Shown here: positions 9,988 to 18,700 of the stretch, one piece after another | Numbering within the stretch: position 1 is the first letter of the stretch | How the letters are laid out: the number at the start of each line of letters is the position of its first letter | Source: an uncultured Pseudobdellovibrionaceae bacterium | Lineage (GTDB): Bacteria; Bdellovibrionota; Bdellovibrionia; Bdellovibrionales; JAGQZY01 | Assembly: GCA_964400355.1 (NCBI GenBank) | Contig: CAYNTO010000001.1 | Coordinates: forward strand, 430,019 to 494,018 | Reading direction: 5' to 3' | DNA length: 64,000 nt | The notes under the pieces: model-generated | What the model was told of the DNA's origin: nothing | The model's input: only the letters and a program-made list of their open reading frames with translations | Database searches by the model: none | Position numbers and translations under genes: made by a program

Positions 9988-10356
9988 TTACAGTGGGATG
10001 CTGTTGATCCACGTTACCATCGTGGCCAGCTCACCGGCGGTGAGGGCCACATCTTGGGGCATATTTTTGGGTCCACCGGGACCGGCGCTGCCGGTCAAGC
10101 GGTAATAGATCAGTGAATTTTCGGGGTCGCCAGGAACCACTAAGCCCTGATCGAGGAGTTGTTGTTCGGTTTTGGTGTGGTAGTCATGATAGTGGCAACT
10201 GGTGCACTTTGCAGCCATCACCGTAACGGCCGCGATGAACTCCGGCGTTCCCGTTAAGTTCGGGCCGCCATCTGTGGAGCTGGAGTTTTCCGTTTGCAGA
10301 CAACCGCTCAGGAAAAAACTCGAAATAAAAACGATCACCAGGTTTTTCACAGTCAT
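9988..10356 (-). CDS. small c-type cytochrome lipoprotein
   Basis: Lipobox FFLSGC and a single haem motif CTSCHYHDYH. 122 aa, 5 nt downstream of the YceI-like gene. Confidence 0.7.
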   Translation of the reverse strand: MTVKNLVIVFISSFFLSGCLQTENSSSTDGGPNLTGTPEFIAAVTVMAAKCTSCHYHDYHTKTEQQLLDQGLVVPGDPENSLIYYRLTGSAGPGGPKNMPQDVALTAGELATMVTWINSIPL

Positions 10357-10361
10357 TTTTC

Positions 10362-10850
10362 CTATTTCACGGGAAGTGTAACTGTGACGAGAGCTTCGTC
10401 TTTTACGCCGATTCCCATGTAGCGCACTTTTTCGATTTTAAAATCCTCCAGAGATATCTTGAACTCCGCGGTCAATTTTTTTCCATCGAGTTTGTAGGTA
10501 CCCGTGACCTCTTTTTGAATGCCTTTCACCACAATGGTGCCTTTGCCTTTGCCATTCTTACCAACGGCTTTGATCAATTTTGCCGTGGGATGAGTGTCCA
10601 CCTCGAGACGTTCTTTCATGTGCTTGTCTCTCAGTTCCATGCCGGTCTTAAGGCTTTTAATGTCCACTTCTACATTTTCGGCGCTCACCGTGTCGCCATT
10701 GACAGTGGCGAAACCCTTTACCTTAGCGGTTTTTGCACTGAAACTTCCGGGTGTGAGTTTGAAATCGACCTGAACGCCCGCATTTTGAGCGTGAACCACT
10801 ACCGCGAACACCATGGAGCTTACAAATAAAATTGCCGAACGTGCTGTCAT
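10362..10850 (-). CDS. YceI-like periplasmic protein
   Basis: Signal peptide, then a YceI signature region (SLKTGMELRDKHMKERLEVDTHPTAKL). GAGGAGG RBS upstream of the ATG at 10850. Confidence 0.8.
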   Translation of the reverse strand: MTARSAILFVSSMVFAVVVHAQNAGVQVDFKLTPGSFSAKTAKVKGFATVNGDTVSAENVEVDIKSLKTGMELRDKHMKERLEVDTHPTAKLIKAVGKNGKGKGTIVVKGIQKEVTGTYKLDGKKLTAEFKISLEDFKIEKVRYMGIGVKDEALVTVTLPVK

Positions 10851-10902
10851 TCTGCCTCCTCAAGCTTGTCACCAGTGTCTATCATAGCTAGAATTCTTGC
10901 AA

Positions 10903-12045
10903 ATGCCACGCCTCTGTCTCATGTTTGGACTCCTTTTTTCTGCTGCGACCGCTCAGGGGTATCCTCAGTTCATCGGGTATAAATATTCTTCCTGCCTCAC
11001 GTGCCACTACAATAGTCATGGAAATGGCCCTATCAATGACTATGGGCGCGCTGTGTGGGCCTCGGAAATTGCGGGCCGAATGTTTGCTGGCAATAAAACC
11101 GCGGAGCAGCTGGGAGAATCTTCCGGGTTCCTCGGAAAAAAGCAAATGCCGTGGTGGATTCGCCCCGGCGTAAAAGCTCGTCAGCTTTTCGTACGCACGA
11201 ACCCTGGAGTGGAACGCAACATCACCATGCAGGCCGATGTGAACGCCGCCATTTTCCTCGACGAAGACCAAAAGAAAACCATCGTTGCCAGTGTGGGCTA
11301 TGTTCCCGAGCCTTTTCGGTTACAAAACTCAGGTGAAAAAGTCGACACCATGATTTCTCGCGAACATTATTTTCGCTACCAAATGAAAGATGAGCTGTGG
11401 TTGTCGGTGGGCATGATGGACAAAGTGTATGGCATTCGCCACTCCGATCACACCGCCTTTAGCCGCTCGCGCACAGGGATTGCGCAGAACGATCAAACCC
11501 ACGGACTGGTGGCTCACTATATCGGATCCAATTATGAATATGCCGGTCATATTTTTATGGGAAATCTGTATCAAGACTCGGAGCTTCGTCAAAAAGGCGC
11601 GTCGGGTATGTTTGAATTTGATGTTCGCGAAGCGTTTCGCGTGGGAACATCGGTATTGATGTCGTCCAACAGTTTTGTGGATCATCAGCGCTTGGCTGTG
11701 CATTCCAAATACGGTTTAGGGCATGGCTCGGCGCTGTTGTTTGAGATGGGGCTGATCAAAAACTCTCCGAAGACAGGTGATTCAAGCCAGGGCTATTATA
11801 TTTTTTCGGAAGCGATTCAAAAGGTCGTGCGCGGTTACCATATTTTTGCCAACGGGCAGTCGTACAAGTCCGACATGACATCCGCAAATCCAGACGTGGT
11901 GCGCTTAGGCGCGGGGCTACAGGCTTTTCCCATGCAGCGGGTAGAGTTGCGCATTGAGGTACAGAACGAACGCTTGATCACTAACGCCGCGACAATTGCG
12001 CCCGACACATGGGCCTTTTTAGCGCAATTGCATTTGTCATTGTAG
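10903..12045 (+). CDS. secreted CxxCH-motif protein with beta-barrel-like body
   Basis: ATG at 10903 gives signal peptide MPRLCLMFGLLFSAATAQG. It is followed immediately by YSSCLTCHYNSHGNGPINDYG. The remainder has alternating-hydrophobic, aromatic-rich, OMP-like sequence. Confidence 0.55.
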   Translation: MPRLCLMFGLLFSAATAQGYPQFIGYKYSSCLTCHYNSHGNGPINDYGRAVWASEIAGRMFAGNKTAEQLGESSGFLGKKQMPWWIRPGVKARQLFVRTNPGVERNITMQADVNAAIFLDEDQKKTIVASVGYVPEPFRLQNSGEKVDTMISREHYFRYQMKDELWLSVGMMDKVYGIRHSDHTAFSRSRTGIAQNDQTHGLVAHYIGSNYEYAGHIFMGNLYQDSELRQKGASGMFEFDVREAFRVGTSVLMSSNSFVDHQRLAVHSKYGLGHGSALLFEMGLIKNSPKTGDSSQGYYIFSEAIQKVVRGYHIFANGQSYKSDMTSANPDVVRLGAGLQAFPMQRVELRIEVQNERLITNAATIAPDTWAFLAQLHLSL

Positions 12046-12053
12046 GACGCGAG

Positions 12054-12674
12054 ATGAAAACTCTGTGGATCATTCAGTTAGCCGCGTGTGTAGGAGCGAT
12101 TTTTTGTTCCTCTATTTCCCAGGCGCAGTTGAAGCCGCGACGAGTGAAAGCGGGCGTGATGAAAGAAAATTATCGCCAAGTTCACGTGGGTTACCATATG
12201 TGGCAAGAGAAAATTGATGTGTCTTCTGACGGTGTAGATGCCATGATGCTCACTCATTTCCATGGCGTGCGGCTCGGTTATTCCTCTCATCGCCCGAGTA
12301 GCAGTAACGTGCGTTGGGTCACGGTTTATGGTGCGGATTTGGGGTTGGGTCTCGCAAAGGGCGCGGCCACAGCACCCCTCACAGACCAGGTGGAGTCCCA
12401 AGGCTGGGTATCAGCGACTGTGTACCCCGGGCTCATTTATCGGTCCACGTCCAAATCGGAATTGGGCATCCAACTGCCACTGGTTTATCGCAACATCCAA
12501 TGGAAGCTCGATAAACCCTTCGAAGCAGATCGCTCGAGCTCCTTCTCCGCCGGTGTCACCGCCATCTATATCAATCGTTTCACGTTGCAAAACTCCATGT
12601 CGATCACGCTCACCCATCAGGCGGTGTGGAAGTCCACCGTTTGGGGTATTGGGTATCAAATCGATTTCCGCTAG
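12054..12674 (+). CDS. secreted beta-barrel-like hypothetical protein
   Basis: Track ORF trimmed to MKTLWIIQLAACVGAIFCSSISQAQ (signal peptide). About 180-aa body with OMP-like alternating pattern, ending in an aromatic-rich GIGYQIDFR. Confidence 0.5.
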   Translation: MKTLWIIQLAACVGAIFCSSISQAQLKPRRVKAGVMKENYRQVHVGYHMWQEKIDVSSDGVDAMMLTHFHGVRLGYSSHRPSSSNVRWVTVYGADLGLGLAKGAATAPLTDQVESQGWVSATVYPGLIYRSTSKSELGIQLPLVYRNIQWKLDKPFEADRSSSFSAGVTAIYINRFTLQNSMSITLTHQAVWKSTVWGIGYQIDFR

Positions 12675-12684
12675 CGAACTTGTG

Positions 12685-13461
12685 CTAGCGAAGAGTTTGC
12701 GCAAGGTCATTCGCTCTTGAAGTTGCCACCGAAATGGATTTGGCAAAACGCTTGGGATTTTTCGGATTTTTTGCAATGGCCGCCTCGGCAGCTTTTAATG
12801 CGCGATCGGCTTTTTCCAGTTGTTTTGGACTTCGTTCTGCCGCTCCTCTGACTGTAGATGCGCCGAGCGACTGCCGGATTGTACCGAGATACTTCGACTG
12901 AAGGGTGGCCACATAGAGTTGCTTGTATCGAGCCGTGATGCCCTTGAGATCCTCAGGATCATGATTCGGAAAGTCCGAAGTAATAAACTTGAGATCGTCG
13001 TCGATATTCACAAACTCGGTACTCTCTGCCGGTAAAGTTTTTACTCCCGCGGATAGACACTCGTCTCGTGCCGCCAATGTTTCCTGAAACTGTGGGCGAA
13101 GAGTTGCGGCCCGTTTTTGAGCATCCTCTAGGGGCTTTTCAACCAACTCCACCATTTTATCCAAGTCAGTGAGTTCCTCTGGGTCATCGAGCACGTTCCC
13201 CAGTGTCGAGAGATTCCAAGTGGCATCAGTAAAGAGGTCCGAGGCGAGCACTGACGTCCCCTGGGCATCTTGTTTTTCAACGGCGCGGCTGAGCCGATCG
13301 AATTGTTTTTTGCCACTGGCCTTAAGAGCAGCGGCCTGGGATTCCGACAGGGGAGGCGTTGTGGAGCAGGCACTTGCAAATACAGTGATAATGAGTGCCG
13401 CAAGTAGTTGGGTGAATGGGTTTCGCTGGCTTTGAGATTCGGTGGTGGAGTACTTACTCAT
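12685..13461 (-). CDS. helical lipoprotein, function unknown
   Basis: Lipobox VFASACS. The remainder is Ala/Lys/Glu/Leu-rich and predicted helical. Confidence 0.55.
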   Translation of the reverse strand: MSKYSTTESQSQRNPFTQLLAALIITVFASACSTTPPLSESQAAALKASGKKQFDRLSRAVEKQDAQGTSVLASDLFTDATWNLSTLGNVLDDPEELTDLDKMVELVEKPLEDAQKRAATLRPQFQETLAARDECLSAGVKTLPAESTEFVNIDDDLKFITSDFPNHDPEDLKGITARYKQLYVATLQSKYLGTIRQSLGASTVRGAAERSPKQLEKADRALKAAEAAIAKNPKNPKRFAKSISVATSRANDLAQTLR

Positions 13462-13666
13462 GGGGTGCCCTGCTCTTGATGTGTGTTTTTGAACTCTAGA
13501 GTCCTTCCACCCTAAATTCTACAACAGTGGTGACTCTAAATATCTCTAGGGACTGATTAGTAATTGTGGAGAAATCCAAGAAATTCGTGAATAGGTGCCC
13601 GGATAGCTATGGGGTCAGATAGGTAGCAGGCAGGCGCCAGGCACCGCATGGTCTGTAGGCGCAGGC

Positions 13667-13685
13667 CACTTCCGTAGCGGAAGTG
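13667..13685. repeat. REP-like palindrome CACTTCCGTAGCGGAAGTG
   Basis: Perfect 8-bp arms around a TAG centre, intergenic. The same core recurs at 28555..28579, with degenerate copies at 28712..28734, about 28795, 14365..14385 and 26976..26996. Confidence 0.6.
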
Positions 13686-13780
13686 ACTATAGCTTTGGGA
13701 TATGATTGACATAGCAACTATCAATTTTAACTATGGCGGTAGTTTTGCTAATACTCTCTTCAGGAAAAGGGAGGATCTTT

Positions 13781-14341
13781 ATGAAATCTATTATAATTTT
13801 ACTAGGTATGTTTTTTAGTCTTCACACTCAGGCCCAGTCGGTGCCTCCGCCAGCGGATCTAAAGCTGGTGAGCTTGGTGAATTTTGGTTTGCCGGCCCTA
13901 GCAGTGACGAACGTGTACGACAAAGTGCACGTGGTTTTGGATTCGGCGCTGTTGAATTACAGTGATAAAAATTTCGGCTTCGACCAGCTAGAAAATTATC
14001 AGGTGGAACTGACCAAAATGTTTCAAATGGACAGAGTCTCCGCACTCATTGTGAGCTTTGAACGCTCTGATTGTATCGTCGATAGCGCACAAAATGACGT
14101 TTTCTACTGTAAAGCGAACGGCCCGCGGGTAGTGATGGCTGCAGAAACCGATTTCTCAGGAAACGTTATCTCCACGAGCACGGTCAGTGTGATCGTCGAA
14201 GACGTGGATGTGAGCGTTCGTAAGGTGATAACCATTGAGCCCGGTTTCAGCGATACACGTTTTACAGTAGTTGCCCGCGTGTTTTTACCTACAGTGACGC
14301 TGTATTTGCAAAAAAGCAATCTGGCCAAACCCCAGTTTTAA
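13781..14341 (+). CDS. secreted hypothetical protein
   Basis: Track ORF trimmed to MKSIIILLGMFFSLHTQAQ. AAAGGGAGG RBS lies 6-7 nt upstream. Confidence 0.55.
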   Translation: MKSIIILLGMFFSLHTQAQSVPPPADLKLVSLVNFGLPALAVTNVYDKVHVVLDSALLNYSDKNFGFDQLENYQVELTKMFQMDRVSALIVSFERSDCIVDSAQNDVFYCKANGPRVVMAAETDFSGNVISTSTVSVIVEDVDVSVRKVITIEPGFSDTRFTVVARVFLPTVTLYLQKSNLAKPQF

Positions 14342-14343
14342 AA

Positions 14344-14386
14344 CTTCCTAGAGCGCAAGCTCTATCACTTCCCGTGGAGCCGTGCG
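14344..14386 (+). repeat. 43-nt direct repeat, copy A (pairs with 26955..26997)
   Basis: CTTCCTAGAGCGCAAGCTCTATCACTTCCCGTGGAGCCGTGCG matches copy B at 39 of 43 positions by hand alignment. It contains hairpin TAGAGC-GCAA-GCTCTA and a degenerate REP core. Confidence 0.6.
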
Positions 14387-14406
14387 CACCTGCGCACGGT
14401 TTTTTT
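14380..14406 (+). terminator. rho-independent terminator
   Basis: CCGTGCGC-ACCT-GCGCACGG stem-loop followed by TTTTTTT. Confidence 0.75.
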
Positions 14407-14473
14407 GCGGTTGACACTGTGCTCGAGGGATTAAAGGTTCTCTTACGTACATGCGCACGTTAATATTTTAGAT

Positions 14474-14965
14474 ATGAAGTTTGCCATGGATGTTACGCCA
14501 GGAAATAACAATGTGATCGTGGAAATAGCCGGCTATTTTGATGAGCACGCCGTACTATCGATAGATTTTCTGAACAACCTCACCGCTCCAGCGGACATTC
14601 ACGTGAGCTTCGAGCACCTTGTCTACATCAATTCGGTAGGGGTGCGCACGTGGATTCGATGGCTACAGACCGTAGAGAAAGTGGGACATGTTACACTTCA
14701 CCGATGTCCGGTGATCTTCGTGAGATCGCTCAATACTGTCTACGGAATGGTCAACACGCGCATGAAGGTGCAAAGCTTTTACGTTCCGTTTTACGATCCC
14801 GATTCGCAACAACGCCGCAATCTACTCATGGTGCACGGTACCGATTTTTTTGACGACGGCTCGTTGGTTATACCTTCGGTTAAAAATGACAACGATGTGG
14901 ATTTGGAATTAGATGTGCCCGAAACATATTTCACATTTTTGAACCATCAAAAGATAAAAAAATAA
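14474..14965 (+). CDS. STAS-like (SiaC / anti-sigma-antagonist-like) protein, paralogue 1
   Basis: 163 aa, paralogous to 25569..26039 (roughly one third identical by eye). STAS-type switch motif LVYINSVGVRTWIRWL (compare DSSG of SpoIIAA) plus a conserved C-terminal extension of about 70 aa (FYVPFYDP...VKNDNDVDLELDV..YFTFL). Confidence 0.6.
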   Translation: MKFAMDVTPGNNNVIVEIAGYFDEHAVLSIDFLNNLTAPADIHVSFEHLVYINSVGVRTWIRWLQTVEKVGHVTLHRCPVIFVRSLNTVYGMVNTRMKVQSFYVPFYDPDSQQRRNLLMVHGTDFFDDGSLVIPSVKNDNDVDLELDVPETYFTFLNHQKIKK

Positions 14966-15041
14966 CTCCGCATAAAAAATAAAATGACTCATATCGAGAC
15001 ACTTCGCTCATGCGATTTCTTGGACTGCCGATAGGTCTAGT

Positions 15042-15596
15042 ATGCGTAGAGCATTACGGCAAACAGTGCCGCTTTTATTGGTAGTCCCTTTTCTGATTTC
15101 TTGCGGTAAGGTCGCGGAAAATTGGGCGGGCATTCGCGAAGGGATCATTGATCTTTCCGATATTTTTACGGTGGTTTCTAAAACTACCGCTACGGCCGAT
15201 GGCTTTGATGAGTCGGAGCTTGTCATTCGAGTGCACGATAAAAACGGAACACCTAAAGAAAACAGAACGGTGTCTTTTTCAGCTGCGGTTGAGGCTGGTG
15301 TCAATCACATTTCATGTACCCCTTCGGATGCGCAAGGCCTGATCGTTTGTAAGGTCCGCGCCCATCGCGACGGAGTTAAAAATTTAAAAATGGCCGGGCG
15401 CGAACAGACAGTGCAATTGGAATTCACCCGCTCCTTTGACCAAGCTGCGCTGCTAGTGGATGAGGCGGGTGGCAGCCATATGACCACTGCAGCCGGTGGA
15501 GATCTGGTCACTGCAACTGCCGGTAAAAAATGGAGTCCGCCTTTAGTCACCCAGTCCGAAGCCACGTTGAGGGCGGACGTAAGTGTTGTATTTTAG
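15042..15596 (+). CDS. lipoprotein with bacterial Ig-like (Big_1/invasin-like) domain
   Basis: Lipobox PFLISCG. VVSKTTATADGFDESELVIRVHDKNGTPKENRTVSFS resembles invasin/intimin Ig-like repeats. Confidence 0.6.
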   Translation: MRRALRQTVPLLLVVPFLISCGKVAENWAGIREGIIDLSDIFTVVSKTTATADGFDESELVIRVHDKNGTPKENRTVSFSAAVEAGVNHISCTPSDAQGLIVCKVRAHRDGVKNLKMAGREQTVQLEFTRSFDQAALLVDEAGGSHMTTAAGGDLVTATAGKKWSPPLVTQSEATLRADVSVVF

Positions 15597-15712
15597 ACCA
15601 AACCTCGAAGTTTCTGTATTGGAGAAAATAAACTCTTAATATTTTCTCGTTTTGGGGCGCTCCAAAGGAGAATTCTCTCAATAATATTCGTGAAGCTCCG
15701 ATAAATATTAAA

Positions 15713-18700
15713 ATGCTGAAATTTTTGAGGAATCTCCCATTCATCGCCGCGAGCTTGCTCTTTGTGGTCGCATCTCAGCGGGTTCTCGCTCAGGTGCCGG
15801 AGACCTTCGTTTATCAAGGTCAAATTCTTAAAAACGGCACCACTCCCCTCGAAGCCGATCCGGTTCTGTTCCGCGTTCAAATTCTGTCTCAGACCAATGA
15901 TTGCATTCTGTTCGAGGAACAGCACTCGATCAATATGCTGGGCTCCTCGGGCGTTTTCAGTTTGAACGTCGGCGCTGGCATGCGTTCGGGCACGGACTAC
16001 GAGGATACCTCGAGTCTTACGAATGTATTTAGAAACGGCCAGTTGTTCACGGTCACTCATTGCACATCGGGCACAGCGTACAATGCGTTAGCAAATCATA
16101 CACGTAAGATGCGGATCAGCTACAACGATGGCAGCGGTTACGTAACTATCGCACAAGATTTTCACATGCAAGCCACACCTTTTGCATGGTACGCCAACAG
16201 TCTTCAGGGATTAACGCCGACAAATTTTGTACAGACCAATGCGGGACAAAATGTAACGCAGGCCAATCTCGAAACTCTCCTGGGCGGCACGAACTACACG
16301 AATCTTTTAGCTCTCGCTAGTGGTTCGAGTCCGTCATATGTGCAAGTGGGTACCAACGGTGCCAGTCTCCCCAGTTTTTCTACCGATCCTGTTTCTCCAA
16401 CGGAAGGCATGATTTGGTTCAACCAAACTACCAATAAAATCACCTTTCATGATGGAACTGGAATTCAAGAAATGAACACGAGCACTATCGATACCACCAA
16501 GCTTCCTCTTGCTGGCGGTACACTTACGGGCCCACTGGAACTGGGCGGAGCGCTCGATGCGGCGTCATTTGATCTTTTGAATGTGGGGCATATCACTATT
16601 GCCAATCAACACACGTTGCGTTTGGGTCGTTATGACAATCCCCAACAGACAGCGCTCTTACTCACTTTGGGCGTGGGGCATGCGGGTACAACTTGGTACA
16701 ATACGGATACCAACAAGCTTATGTATTGGACAGGAACAGCGTCACGCGAAGTGATTGATAACCTCACTCCGGGCGGTGATCATGGTGTGCTTACTGGTTT
16801 GGGCGACGACGATCATACACAATATGCCGCTCTTGCCGGTCGTGCTTCGGGTCAAAACCTGCGCGGTGGCACTGTGCCGAGTGGGAATCTAACGTTGGAA
16901 TCGACCACCGATGCGACAAAAGGTTTTGTTATTCTGCAGCCCAATGGTGGCAATGTAGGTATTGGAACGACCAATCCACTCTCTCTGTTGCATGTGAGTG
17001 GAACTGTTGGCTCCAGCGGTAACGATTCTGGATTCGAACTCCGTGATCGAAACAATATAAACTCTACCACACTTATGTATATGAATGCAGGCGCCTTTCA
17101 TTTCTACGAAGGCGGGGTGCATGGGGTAACCCTGGATGCATCCAACTCTCGACTAGGAATCGGTTTGAACAACTTTGTTAGCCATCTGAATCATGCCATT
17201 ATCTTGGGAGCTGGGTCGGACAACATCATCACCGCAGAACCGAACTGGACGGATCCTGGAAGAGATATTTCTTTAATAGCCGGTAGCCCTAATTCTGGTC
17301 ATAACGATCTTGATGGCGGAAAGTTGATCTTAAGCTCTGGCGGATCCACAGGCGTGGGAGAGTCCCAGATAGAATTTAAAACAGCCACGGCCGGCGTTTC
17401 CGGCTCGGCGCCAAATGCTCCTACCCTCAAGATGGTTGTAACCAGTGATGGCAGGGTGGGGATTGGTTCTGCGACTCCGCAATCGCTTCTCGATGTGGCC
17501 GGTATCATCCGCGCGGAGCAGATCTGCGATGAGACCGGATCTAACTGCAAAGATATATCCACAGGCTGGAGTACCGGTAACGTATCGACATCGCGTGCGA
17601 TCAACACCAATACAGGATCAGCGCTAACGGGCGGCGGTGATTTGTCCGCAGATCGCAATCTGGCGGTGAATGTGGACAACACAGGTATTGAGATTGATTC
17701 CAATGCATTGAGATTGAAAGATTTGGGAGTAAGCACAGGGAAGCTCGCCAACACTTCCGTAACGGAAGCGAAGCTTGCGAACAATGCGGTAACCAGCGCG
17801 AAGATCGTTGACGGCACTATTGTAAGTGCAGATGTGGACAACGTAAGTATCGGCAAGATCTCCAATGCTCCGGCTGAGTACTTTACCTACATGCCTGCAG
17901 GCAGTGAATGTACAGATGGATATGTGCTCAAGTGGACTTCCAGTGATCGTTGGGAATGTTCAACGGACCTGGTAGGTTCCACGGATCACGGTGCACTTAC
18001 GGGCCTCGGCGATGACGATCACACACAATATGCACTTCTCGCAGGTCGCGGAGCAGGACAAAACTTGCGCGGTGGCACTGCCGCCAGTGCGAATCTCACT
18101 CTCGAATCCACATCGGATGTCACAAAAGGCTACGTGCTTTTACAACCTAGTGGTGGGAGCGTCGGTATTGGTACTACAGCTCCGCATGCTTCCGCTGTTA
18201 TGCAAATGGCTTCTACGACCAAAGGTTTTTTGCCGCCAAGAATGACGAGAGCGCAACGCAACGCCATCGGCACTCCGACTCAGGGACTAATGGTCTTCAA
18301 TACTGACGATAGCACCTTGGATTACTATAGTGGTTCAGCTTGGTTGAGTCTAAATGGATCCCCCAAATACATGAAGCTTGGAATGTCGGGCGTTCAAACG
18401 GTTGATTTACATTCAGTCGTAGCGTTTGATTCAATAAGGTCCAATGGTGGCATGACGACATCCGCAAACGGAATCCAACTCAAGGCCGGCGTTACCTACA
18501 GACTGGAAGCGGCGGTAAATTCCTTTTCCTCCGATTCAAGCAATTTTCTTGGCTATCAGTTGCACGACGGGACTTCTTATTTTGGACAGGCAGCTTATAC
18601 TTCTGAACCAGAAAATGCCAATTATGGATTTAAAGCTCATCTGTTGGAGTTCTACACTCCGATCGCGGATGTCACAGTGACAGTAAGAATCATTGACGAC

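Noticed and set aside
15593-16060. 155-aa minus-strand ORF overlapping the fibre gene start
   Set aside because: It overlaps the signal-peptide-encoding 5' end of a far better supported gene, and has no RBS or motifs.
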